Shown in pieces: positions 52,808 through 64,000 of a stretch of DNA of 64,000 nucleotides; within the stretch, counting starts at the first letter, position 1, and every line of letters starts with the position of its first letter. The position numbers were made by a program, and so were the translations under genes. Below the pieces are notes generated by a model. That model saw nothing but the letters and a program-made list of their open reading frames with translations. It did no database searches and was not told where the DNA came from. Location of the stretch: contig OZ024741.1 in assembly GCA_964016885.1 (NCBI GenBank), positions 166,532,001 to 166,596,000 of the forward strand. Reading direction: 5' to 3'. The DNA comes from Eledone cirrhosa (Eukaryota).

Positions 52808-53450
52808 TATCATCATCATCACCATTTTACATCCATTTTCCATGATGGCAGGAGTTGGATGGGTCAATATGTTCTGAGACAAAACATGTTAGATGACCAC
52901 GTACTGCTCATAATCTTTCAGTTTGTCATGGTTATTTTATTGTCAATGCACTTTCTAATGCCAGTTACTTTACAGAGTGTACTGCATGCATTTTATCATG
53001 GCCCTATCACTTCCTCTTTACAGATTGGACTGGAGGCATTTTATTGTAGCAAAAACACTACTACTTTACATCATAGATTCAGTACATTTTATTGTGACAC
53101 CAGCACTAACACATTACAGGTTCAGCTGGGTGCATTTTATTATAATACCAGCACTAACATTTTATAGAGTGGGTTGAATGCATTTTATTGTGACACCAGC
53201 ACTAACACATTACAGGTTCAGCTGGGTGCATTTTATTATAATACCAGCACTAACATTTTATAGAGTGGGTTGAATGCATTTTATTGTGACACCAGTACTA
53301 ACACATTACAGGTTCAGCTGGGTGCATTTTATTATAATACCAGCACTAACATTTTATAGAGTGGGTTGAATGCATTTTATTGTGACACCAGTACTACCAC
53401 TTTACAGAATGAGATGTGAGCATTTTATCATAGCACCAACACAATTATTA
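52808..53450 (-). mobile_element. Old RTE 3'UTR remnant with three ~96-bp tandem subrepeats (53087-53400)
   Basis: (CAT)n tail followed by TTTACATCCATTTTCCATG on the + strand; repeats of TTTTATTGTGACACCAGCACTAACACATTACAGG. Confidence 0.6.
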
Positions 53451-53493
53451 AGCAAGCAGCAAGTGAGCGTAAATGAATAGAGGAAAAAATATA

Positions 53494-53528
<35 letters not shown>

Positions 53529-53593
53529 AAAGAGAGGGAAATGGAGAGAGAAAGGGTGAAATCAAATATTTGGGAAAGGCAATAATGCATGCA

Positions 53594-53800
53594 TCACAGA
53601 GCATCAAGTTGTTCTGAATGCTCAATAATAAGCCATAAGTATTTTGGTATCATCTCATACTTTTTATATTTATCAACTTTGCATTCTAACGTATATCGTA
53701 CTGTTTTGGTCATACTTCTATACTTTGACCAATATTCCCGAGCCATTGGCACTGTCATAAAACCAATGCGTTTTTTAATGGAAAACGTTTTTTCCCAAAC
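53594..53800 (-). CDS. CAPN5: Terminal coding exon of calpain-5/Tra-3-like gene (C2 domain, second half)
   Basis: Acceptor TTTTTTCTCTTTTGCAG| at 53801, phase 0. VWEKTFSIKKRIGFMTVP...YLWLIIEHSEQLDAL-stop joins in frame to exon 63695-63828. The symbol is a family-level guess from remembered similarity to the calpain-5 C2 domain. Confidence 0.75.
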   Translation of the reverse strand, partial: VWEKTFSIKKRIGFMTVPMAREYWSKYRSMTKTVRYTLECKVDKYKKYEMIPKYLWLIIEHSEQLDAL

Positions 53801-55663
53801 CTGCAAAAGAGAAAAAATATATATATTTTAAATCTATGTCCTCACTAGGCAAACACACTTAGACTCTCTCTCTCTCTCACACACACACATACACACACAT
53901 ATATATCGCACACATATTTTTCCCATTTTATTATATACATATTCGCACACACCTTTCACTACATAAACTTACATTCATGAACACACATACAAACATCCCA
54001 CTAAGCACACTTACATTCATGCACACACGTGCATATATTTCACAACGCGCACATTCGAAATGTTAACGTCTTTTCATTTAACTCAAATCTGCTTTCCAAA
54101 GAAGCAAGTCAATCCGATCGATTTTTATGTCTCTCATATGGTTCTTCCCATGATAATGGGTTTTTAAACCCAAAAATATTTGGGATCATTAAATTTGCTA
54201 CGGTAAGATTCTTTTGTTATCTTAGCGATTTAATTTTCTTTCTATTGCATTGTTTGGTTTTCAAAATTATTTAAATTTGTGTTTCCTATTCAACAATGCG
54301 TCAAGCAACCTACAAAACTCTGATGTATTTTAAAATAGCAGCTTGCTAATTAAATTATCCGACTCTACTTTGTCAACTAGTTTCAGAACAAGTTCAAAAC
54401 CTAGAAGAATAACATCTATCTATATTGTCTATAGCAGTTGGCAGATTCTCCAATTCTATACCAGTATCAGGTACCAGTTGGTCAATGAATGTAATGTGAG
54501 CACATGCACGCATACATACACACACAGTCCACCGCATGTGCAGTTGACCCCATAAACACACGACCAACCAACACTACTAATACTCACTAACCCCCCACCC
54601 CCCCTACAACTTACTCATTAAGATAACTAACTCACCCCCACCCTGCCACACATGCCTACACGTATGTGCTTTTGTACATCTGCATGCGCACACATCACCA
54701 GCACTACCAGCAGCAGCAGCACCACCACCACCACACAGCCTATTACACACACCACCAACGCCATGCCACCCCACACTACACCATCTGTAGCATTTGTCCG
54801 GGTGGTGGCGACTCTGTCACACCAACTCTCTCATTCACCTACCACACACTCCTTCATCCTCCGTCCCCTACACTCTATCCGACCACTGAATACATCACAC
54901 ACTCCCTACCCCTAGTTCTTCCTTAGAAATCTGCTACCCCACACACCCAAACACTCCTTGTAACTACCCACAATTCATTTCTCTTCTCTCGTACTATGGC
55001 CATTACTGACTTTAGACTTACCAACCTGGAATCGAAAACCCACCCAACCCCTTCCGTATACACACACACATACATGCAACCACACAATACACACCAATAA
55101 CCACACATCCCTGCCAAACACACATACTAACATACACACTTGCACAGTGTGTATGCAGGTGTACACATATACATGCATGTTCATGAGAGCGCATGTGTAC
55201 ACACTTCCACCAACAACACACTTAACACCCACACAGACATTGTAATATGCATCCTACCTGCACACAACCCATAACTGCACATCTGCACCCTCACCCCAAC
55301 CCCCAACCATTCCCCCACCCACCACTTCTGCCCCTCCTCCCCCTCTCCTTTTAATTTTTTATTTTCCTTCTAATTTTATTTAAAAAAACGTTTTTATTTT
55401 AATTTTTATTTTCTTTGCACTTTTCCTTTTGTATTTTTTCTGATGAAGGGCAAATGCCTGATATGTTAACTTTGTAACTCATTCTTCTTCCTCCAAGCAT
55501 GAAACTAATACAACTTCATGTTATTGCATCCTCTTGTTTGTTCTTTTTTTATTTATATATACATTATATAACCAAAGATTAATATGGTTCATTGATTAGT
55601 CAATGAATATAGTTTTACAATAGATTAAAAGCACTCTACAAGAAAGTTTTCTGGAGTTATTAT

Positions 55664-55998
55664 TATTCAGAATAATAATAAATGAAGACATTCACATAAT
55701 CAAAATATAAGTTTTATTATATATATTTCGAAGGTATTGTGTTGTTTTTTCAGTACGTCCTCGTCAGATAAAATATATGAATTGATGTATGACATACCTC
55801 AACGGTCTTGATAGTTCAATTCCAGTATTGACAATACTGGAATTGAACCATCAAGACCGTTGAGGTATGTCATACATCAATTCATGTATTTTATCTGACG
55901 AGGACGTACTGAAAAAACAACACAATACCTTCGAAATATATATAATAAAACATATATTTTGATTATGTGAATGTCTTCATTTATTATTATTCTGAATA
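55664..55998. repeat. ~335-bp near-perfect palindrome (1-nt loop at 55831) of a pLTR
   Basis: The arms are reverse complements with a few mismatches, and each arm contains an HHR. Confidence 0.92.
55889..55950 (+). ncRNA. Minimal type-I hammerhead ribozyme (mirror copy on - at 55712-55773)
   Basis: TTTTAT-CTGACGA-[GGACGTACTG..CAATACCTTC]-GAAA-TATATA-TA/ATAAAA. Confidence 0.75.
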
Positions 55999-56117
55999 TA
56001 TACATTTTATATATATATATATATATACCCTCGTTTTTTTCCCATGCTGGCCAGTATGACTGTCTCTACGAAGTCATCTACTCCCTTCCTCTCTCTTACA
56101 TTATTATTATTATTGTA

Positions 56118-56305
56118 GGGTGGTTGATTGGCAGTATCGGTAGAGGGTTGGACGCCATGCTTTCTAGCATAGAGATACGTCCCTTTATGATCTGAGTTCA
56201 AATCCCGCCGAGGTTAACTTTGCCTTTCATCCTTACGGGGTCGATAAAATAAAGTACCAGTAATGTACTGGGTAATTGCTGGCCTTGTGCCTAAAGTAGA
56301 AACAA
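56118..56305 (+). mobile_element. Meta-domain-like tRNA SINE, full length
   Basis: TTGGCAGTATCGG A box, GAGTTCAAATCC B box, CTTTGCCTTTCATCCTTACGGGGTCGATAAAATAAAGTACC, (ATT)n tail. Confidence 0.82.
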
Positions 56306-56878
56306 TTATTATTATTATTGTATTTATCATTTTGCTGGCCCTCACAACACATTTATTCTTTACCCTTGTCTTTACCATGCTGGCCAGTATGACTGTCTCT
56401 ACGAAATCATCTATTCCCTTCGAAATCCTAACATTTCGTCTTGTCTAATATAGGTACTCGATTTCGCCGAAATCCCCTGAGATGCTATAGGCCATGATGG
56501 CTACCTATCTCACAATTTCCCTCCCGCCCAAACCCTCACACCATCATAGCCTATTTGACCAATCAAACCTCAGCATGTCCTCCTCCCACCCATTACCAAC
56601 CCCAACAAACTCTGCCATTACTACTACTACCTCTCTCCTCACCAGTCCCAGCCCCAACAAACCCTGCCATTATTACCACCACCACTGTTCTTCTAGCCCT
56701 GAATTCTCTTACCGTTATGTATGGATGAGCTGAGAATAAATGGATCAACCCCGAATTAATAAATGAAAATGAATATGAATTTACGAGCTTCCAAGCACCC
56801 ATGCGAAGCGTCAATTCAGAGACAGGAAGCATAGACACAACCCTGCAAAAATTTACCCTTTCCCACGCATGTTGACAA

Positions 56879-59800
56879 ATGCCCAAAACTCCGAGTTGGA
56901 ACCATCAATGTAAGCACAATGAAAATTAGAGCAGGAGAAGTCGTAGAGATGCTAGAGCGAAAGAAAATTGATGTATGCTGTGTGCAAGAGACTAGATGGA
57001 GAGGAGAGTCTGCTAGAGTCCTTGTAGGCAAAAGTCACTGCTACAAATTTTTCTGGGTGGGAAATGACGATGGGATGGGTGGTGTAGGTATCCTACTACC
57101 TGACAAGTGGGTAGATAAGGTAATCTCAGTGAACAGGGTGAATGCAAGAATCATTAAACTCAGACTAGTCCTAAATAAAACAATTAGCACAATAATATCA
57201 GCTTACGCACCCCAATCGGGGTTGCCAGACAAACTTAAAGATAGGTTTTACGAGTCCCTAATGCACACTACTGCTCTAACAAACGACAATGACTTCTGAA
57301 TCATTGCAGGAGATTTTAACAGACATGTAGGTAAACACTGTGACGGCTTCTATAGAGTCCATGGAGGCCATGGGGTTGGCACAAGAAATGAAGAAGGCTT
57401 CAGGCTTCTAAAATTCTGTGACGCCAATGACATGTCGATATGTAACACAAACTTCAAAAAACCTGACAACCATCTGATCACCTATAGATCAGGGGAGCAT
57501 TCTAGTCAGATAGATTTTATCCTCATCAGAGAACATGACAGATGGACAGTCGTAAACACAAAAGCCTTCCCTAGTGAAGAATGTACCTCCCAACATAACT
57601 TAGTTGTCAGCGACCTCACGGTCAGAACTAGACGAACCTGGAAACAGAAGCCAACCTGGAGAAGAAAGATCTGGAAGCTGAAAGACCCCTCAGCCAGTAA
57701 CAGATTTAAAGATATTTTACTCGACGCCTAAGACAGTAAATAAGAACAGATAGAGACATTCAATGTAGAAGAGCACTGGGAGTTCCTAAAAAATAACTTA
57801 CTAAAAGGCGATGGATGAGATCTGTTGCTGGCGTAAGACCACAAGCAGGAGGAGAGTGACTTGGTGGTGGAACAATAGGGTAGATGAGGCAGTTAAGGCC
57901 AAGAGACAGGCATGGAAAGAATGGAAGAACATGAGGAATTAGGGTACATTACATAGAGACCAGGAGGAAAGCTAGGCGACAAGTATACTTAGCTAGGAGG
58001 GAAGCAGAGGATAGAAAATTCAAGCATGTTTTGCAACGTGAGGACCAGAAACAGGAGATGTTCAAGATTGCAAGGCAGTGTGTCAGAGAGAATTGTGGTG
58101 TCATTGGAGGGAAGTGTATCCGGAATGATAAAAGTGAGCTTGCCCTCACAAGTGCTGAGAAGATGCGTGGAAGAACCATTATGAAAGATTACTAAATGAG
58201 GAGAATGCATGGGAAGAAGAGACCCTACCCCAAGTAGACCCTATAGAGGGACTAGCAGTACAAGTCAACAGCAACGTAGTAAGTAAGGCAATCAAAGATA
58301 TGAAGACGGGGAAGACAACCGGTCCATCGGGTATAGCTGCCGAGATGCTGAAGGCATCTGGGTTGGTAGGTCACACCATAACCACACGTATTGTTAAGCA
58401 GGTAATACTAGAAGGTGTCATACCAAAGGATTGGTGCAGTAGCATCATTGTCAACTGCTACAAAGGTAAAGGCGATGCACTAGATAGAGGAAACTATAGA
58501 GGTATAAAGCTGATGGACCAGGTCATGAAAATAACAGAAAGAGTTATAGTACAGTTGATTAGAGACCAGGTGAAACTAGATGAGATGCAATTTGGGTTTG
58601 TGCCAGGAAGAGACAGCACTGATGCCCTCTTCCTTGTGAGGCAGTTACAGGAAAAGTACCTAGCTAAAAGTAAGCCGCTCTACCTGGCATTCGTCGATCT
58701 CAAGAAAGCTGCCTTTGATGGAGTTCCCCATGCTATAATCTGGTGGGCTCTTAGAAAACTAGGAGTAGATGAATGGCTTATGAAAGCTGTACAAGCCATG
58801 TATAGGGGAGCAGTCAGTAAAGTTAGGATTAACTATAGCGAGGAATTTAGCATACAGGTCGGTGTCCATCAGGACTCTGTTCTTAGCCCTCTCCTGTTCA
58901 TCATAGTTCTGCAGGCAATATGGAGGAGTTTAAGACTGGATGCCCATGGGAACTCCTGTATGCAGATGACCTCGCACTTATAGCTGAATCTATGGTAGAA
59001 CTAGAGAAGAAATTCCAAACTTGGAAGCAAGGACTAGAAAGAAAGGGTCTCAAAGTCAACCTGACAAAGACTAAGGTCCTTGTAAGTAGACGAGAAAACA
59101 GAACCCAGATCCCCTCAGGGAAATGGCCTTGCTCAGTATGTAGGAAAGGTGTAGGTAGGAACTCCATTCTCTGCCCCAAATGCAAACAATGGCTACACAA
59201 GAGATGTAGCGAGATCTCAGGAAGCTTAACTAAGAATGTAGGCTTCACATGTAGCAGCTGTGCTGGGACAGCAAGCAGCAAACAGCCACAGGAAACAAGT
59301 ACCACCAATCTCTGGGAGGGCTCTGTAGAAACAGTAGACAGCTTCTGCTACCTAGGTGACCGAATTAGTAGCGGAGGTTGATGTTCGGAAAGTACGATAA
59401 CTAGGGTAAGAATGGGATGGAAGAAGTTCAGGGAGCTACTGCCACTGCTAGCTGCAAAAGGCTTTTCCTTCAAAATGAAAGGCAGACTGTATGATGCGTG
59501 TATACAAACAGCAATGTTACATGGTAGTGAGACCTGGGCGCTGAAGGTGGAAGATTTGCGTAAATTAGAAAGAAACGAGGCCTGCATGCTCCGATGGATG
59601 TGTAATAGTAATATACGCGAACGGCAAAGCATAAACGAATTGAGAGAGAGAGACTGAGCATAAGAGGAATCAAATGCTGTGTGCAGGAGAGGCGGTTGCG
59701 TTGGTATGGACATGTGATGCGTATGAAGGATGACAGCTGCATAAAAAGGTGCAGAGCACTAGAAGTCGATGGAAACCGCAGTGTGGGGAGAGCCAAGAAG

Positions 59801-60239
59801 ACCTGGGATGAGGTGATAAAAGCCGACCTTACCCAATTACACCTCTCAAAGGCGATGACACACGACCCTAACCTCTGGCGTCACGCAGTAATACAGAAGA
59901 CTCGACCCCCCACGGGTACAAGCCAAAGCTGAAGCATATAGACAATATGCCCCCACACCCTCCCACTGCAAAGTGGTCGTGGAAGGGCCACGGCAAAAAA
60001 GCACCCAGCCCACACTGTAAAGTGGACGTGTAGGCACCACGGAAAAAAAGCAACCAGCACTCACTGTAAATGAGGTTGGTGTTAGGAAGGGCATCCAGCT
60101 GTAGAAATCAAGCCAGGATCAGTTCCCGTATGAGCAAGGCATGGTCAGCCGACCGGACCCTGCCCACAACAAGACAACCCGTCTAACCCATGCTAGCGTG
60201 GAAGAACGGACGTAAAATGGTGATGATGATGATGATGAT
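56879..60239 (+). pseudogene. Decayed full-length RTE LINE (related subfamily of 36779-39962) in calpain intron, antisense
   Basis: Colinear APE/RT/PHD fragments (56919, 57432, 58300, 58920, 59412, 59681) with many stops and frameshifts; (GAT)n tail at 60219-60239. Confidence 0.92.
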
Positions 60240-60467
60240 ATATATATGTATATATATATTTATATATATATATACACACATATATGTGTATATATATATA
60301 TACACATATATATATATGTACATACATATATATATTTATATATATATATATACATACATATATATATATATACATATATATATTTATATATATATATTTA
60401 TATATATATATATATATATACATATATATATGTATATATTTATAATACATATATATATATATATATA

Positions 60468-60855
60468 TTTATTAAAATAAAAGATTAAAGTTTAAGCAAA
60501 GAATCGCTGCTTTTACCCATAACGGGATCTTCTGAAACTAAAAAATCAATCTGTGAACGCAGAAGTAAATATTTTGAAAATCGTTACAACCAGAGGAAAA
60601 CAGGGAACATCTTCACGAACCAAAGTATCGTCTTCCTGTTTTCCTTCAGTTGCAACGTTTTTCGAAATATTTTCTTCTGCGTTCACATATTGATTTTTTA
60701 GTTTCAGAAGATCCCATTCAGAAGATCTTTGCTTAAAATTTAATCTGTTACTTTAATAAACATTTGTTCTAGGGTTCTTATATATTTGATATATATTTAT
60801 CCTTATCGAGCCCTCTTTGGATTTTAGTCTTCACATTTATTATTATTACTATATA
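60468..60855. repeat. Imperfect fold-back element with PLE-like terminus
   Basis: ~60470-60605 is inverted against ~60635-60760. Its end TCGAGCCCTCTTTGGATTTTAGTCTT..TTATTATTATTACTAT is also present, reverse-complemented, at ~23175-23220. Confidence 0.65.
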
Positions 60856-61519
60856 TATATATACATACATACACGTTGCGACACAAGGAATTGTTTTTAC
60901 ACTTAACATTGCTTATTTGTATATTTTATGAATCCTCTGATGAAATAACTTTCATGAATTTAACATGAAATATAATGGGAAAATGGCGAAGATAAAAGAA
61001 ATTAACACATGTTTTTTCAAAAATGACTCGAAAAAATATGATGGAGAAATAAAAATGGTGAAAAAACTTGGTCTTTATTAATAATGGAGATTGCGCAAGG
61101 ATTTGGTCTTGGCTATTTGATCATTATATTTCAGTTCCGATTCAGTGGGGGTATGGCTCAGAGGTTGTTTCTAGGGATTATACTGACTATGTATGAATGC
61201 AATCCCAAATACCTAATGGGGTAGTAGTCACTGCAGGATAATATAGAAACTATGTGATATGACAGCTGTCACCTGATGATATCCATAACCCTCATACCAG
61301 TAACTGGAGCAGGGTTATCATTGTTTTACTGGGAGAGCTGGTGTACAGTTTTGAATGACATGTTTGAATTTAATTTATGACTTGTATGGCATGTATATGG
61401 TGAGGAGGGCATTGATTGTAGGGTTACGTTTATGCATTTGCTTTAGTTCATGGATAGCATAGGTTTGGTTTAGATGTGTTACATTCTAATTAAGGGAAAT
61501 GAGTCTTATGACATATATA

Positions 61520-62195
61520 TCATCATCATCATCATCGTTTAACGTGCATCTTCCACGCTTGCATGGGTTTGGACAGGAGTTTTCCCACTTGAGGCAAGAT
61601 TGGTTGTCCTGCTCGTATAGGACTGTCTGGCAGGTTTTCTATGGCTGGATGCCCTTCCTAACACCAACCACGTTTACAGTGTGGACTGGAAGGTTTTTAC
61701 CGTATTACCTACACGGCCACATTATAGCGTGGACTGTGTGTTTTTTTTTTTTGTCGTGACACCTACACGTCTGGCGGGTTTTCTACGGCTGGGTGCCCTT
61801 CCCAACACCAACCATGTTTACAGTGTGTACTGGGAGGTTTTTACCGTGTTACCTACACGGCCACATTACAGCGTGAACTGTGTGTTTTTTTATCGTGACA
61901 CCTACACGACCTCATTTGTTTCGGACTGGATGTTGTGTACCAACATAACTTTACATTGAAAGGGGCGGTGTGGATGGGGTGGGGGTAGTGGGATGGGGGT
62001 GTATTTTGTTAGAGGTGCCTACTGACTGTAGTAGGTTTCACTTTGCACTTAGGTAAGGCGGGTCTTCTGTATAACTGTGTAGCGCCAAAGATCTCGGTCC
62101 AATGAGATTGTCTTGGAGAGGTGTAAGTGTGTGAGGTCGGAATTTATCAAGTTGTCCCAGGTTTTTCTGGGTCTGCCTACTCCGTGGCTACCGTC

Positions 62196-62203
<8 letters not shown>
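61520..62203 (-). mobile_element. RTE LINE 3' fragment
   Basis: Reverse complement of ~39795-40317 with an internal duplication of the 3'UTR subrepeat. Confidence 0.85.
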
Positions 62204-62228
<25 letters not shown>

Positions 62229-62467
62229 TATGAAGTGAAATGATAGGAGGCCAAATATGTTGAATTTCCTTAATTTTTTATTACTGTAAACACTTCATAA
62301 TACATTTACTCCATTCCTGCACCACCAACATGATTTAACATTGAAGATAGATGAGTTGCATTACGTTGAGTGCTTTTCTCAAATTATGTCATGATTAACA
62401 TTGCAGAATGACCAATTCTACCCAGTAGTAAACCACAAAATTTTAACGTATATATATATATATATAT

Positions 62468-63283
62468 TCATCATCATCATCTTCGTTTAACATCCATCTT
62501 CCACGCTAGCATGGGTTAGATGGGAATTGTCCCACTTGAGGCAAGGTTAGTCGGGTGACCGTGTCTCGCTCATATAGGACTATCTGGCAGCTTTTCTACA
62601 GCTGGATGCCCTTCCTAACACCAACCACATTTACAGTGTGGAACTGGGAACTTTTTACCATGTTACCTACACGACCACATTAGAGCGTGGATGGTGTGTT
62701 TTTTTGTCGTGACACCTACACGGCCACATTACAGTGTGGACGGTGTGTTTTTTTGTTGTGATAGTTACACGATCTCGATCTCATCTTATTTATTTGGACT
62801 GGATGTTGTGATACCAACTTTACAGAGAAAGGGTGGTGTTGGCGGGAGTGGGGGGTGTATATTTGGTTAAGAGGTGTCTACTGACTGTAGGTTTCGCTTT
62901 GTACATAGACAAGGCAGGTCTTCTGTATTACTGCGTAGTGCCAAAGATCTCGGTCCAGTGACATTGTCTTAGAGAGGTGCAAGTGTGTAAGGTCGGAATT
63001 TATCAAATCGTCCCAGGTTTTTCTGGGTCTACCTACTCCGTAACTACCATCAATTTTTATTGCCCTGCACTTTTTTATACAGCTGTCGTCTTTCATGCAC
63101 ATCACGTAACCATACCAACGTAGTCTTCTCTCAAGTAAACAGCATCTGTTCCCTCTTATTCCTAATTTCTCACTTAGTTCATTTATGATTTGCCATTCAC
63201 CTATATTACTATTACACATCCAATGGAGCATGCATGCTTCGTTCCTTTCCAGTCTGCGCAGGTCCTCTGCACACAATGCCCAT
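62468..63283 (-). mobile_element. RTE LINE 3' fragment
   Basis: ORF 62878-63357 contains TWALCAEDLRRLERNEACML..RRLRWYG..GRPRKTWD; (GAT)n tail at 62468-62482. Confidence 0.88.
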
Positions 63284-63361
63284 GTATATATATATATATA
63301 TATATAATGTAGGTAATCCAGTGAATTACCAAAAACAAGTACTCTATGCACAGGCAAAGTG

Positions 63362-63660
63362 TATATATTAGAAAAACCGAGGAAGTTTTATTTACATGCG
63401 TTTTGAGGATTGGCTCAAGATCACCCATAAGAGTTATTGACCTGACTCCATTATCGATCTGCTCTTCAGACTGATGATGCGACAGAAGAGAACACTATAT
63501 TTTTTTTCGCATATTGCCAGTCTGAAGAGCAGATCGATAATGGAGTCAGGTCCGTAACTCCTATGGGTGACCAATCCTCTACAAAATATATGTAACAGGT
63601 TGATAAACTATAAAAATCTTATACATGTAAACAAAACTTTCTCATTTTTTCTAATATATA
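63362..63660. repeat. Imperfect fold-back next to the calpain exon donor
   Basis: 63422-63473 is inverted against 63518-63571 (GACCTGACTCCATTATCGATCTGCTCTTCAGACTG), plus outer inverted arms; contains CTGAAGA. Confidence 0.7.
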
Positions 63661-63694
63661 TATATATATATTTACTTATTTATTTATATATTAC

Positions 63695-63828
63695 CTCAAT
63701 TCTAATATCCTCTTCAGGCTTCCGTCTAAAGAATGTTGCCCGGCTATTCCAACGGAAGTTTTCAACTGCATTAATGATGGGGGTTTTCTGCTTCTTTTTC
63801 TCACATATTACTACACAATATACTTTAT
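63695..63828 (-). CDS. CAPN5: Penultimate coding exon of calpain-5/Tra-3-like gene (C2 domain, first half)
   Basis: Branch-like CTGAC, T-rich tract and TGCAG| acceptor; GAG|GTAAT donor. 134 nt = 2 nt + 44 codons: KVYCVVICEKKKQKTPIINAVENFRWNSRATFFRRKPEEDIRIE, matching the calpain-5 pattern Y.II.CE......P.....FYRK....I.(V/I)QVW. Confidence 0.78.
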
Positions 63829-64000
63829 CTGCAACAGATATTTACATAAAAAAGGTACAATGTCAGAACACATGGGGTGGCATGGGGGAATAAGACAGCC
63901 TGAAGAATATAGGCGTAATATACACACACATATATGCACACACATACACAAAAACATAAACACACACACAAAACAAACATACACACATACAATGTTTTTC

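Noticed and set aside
55435-55470. CTGATGA-AGGGCAAATGCCT-GATA hammerhead-like motif (also 60937-60980 and 63523-63597)
   Set aside because: The GAAA box or stems are degenerate. These are probably decayed pLTR ribozymes but too weak to call.

Overview
Eukaryotic, very AT-rich, repeat-saturated genomic DNA. The SINE/RTE/Penelope repertoire suggests a coleoid cephalopod (Octopus-like); this is inference, not a database result. The only host gene I can support is the last two exons (minus strand, 63695-63828 and 53594-53800) of a calpain-5/Tra-3-like protein, encoding its C-terminal C2 domain. The rest is mobile DNA embedded in (TA)n/(CA)n arrays: a 5'-truncated Naiad-type Penelope-like element (PLE) with an inverted pseudo-LTR (pLTR); two Hydra-type PLEs, one near-intact with tandem pLTRs; a near-intact RTE-type LINE (APE-RT with a PHD-like finger) that appears to carry about 4.4 tandem ~553-bp 5' monomers; a decayed second RTE copy and 3' fragments; three ~600-bp non-autonomous RTE derivatives; tRNA-derived SINEs; a deleted mariner; a MITE; and CR1 and Helitron-like relics. 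Reading both strands by eye gives more than 15 minimal type-I hammerhead ribozyme (HHR) motifs from many unrelated pLTR families. Several have a U3-A8 core covariation, and many sit in fold-back palindromes whose turn-around is at or near the ribozyme. The long IY/CV-rich ORFs in the track are microsatellite artefacts. All alignments and folds were done manually, so element boundaries are approximate.
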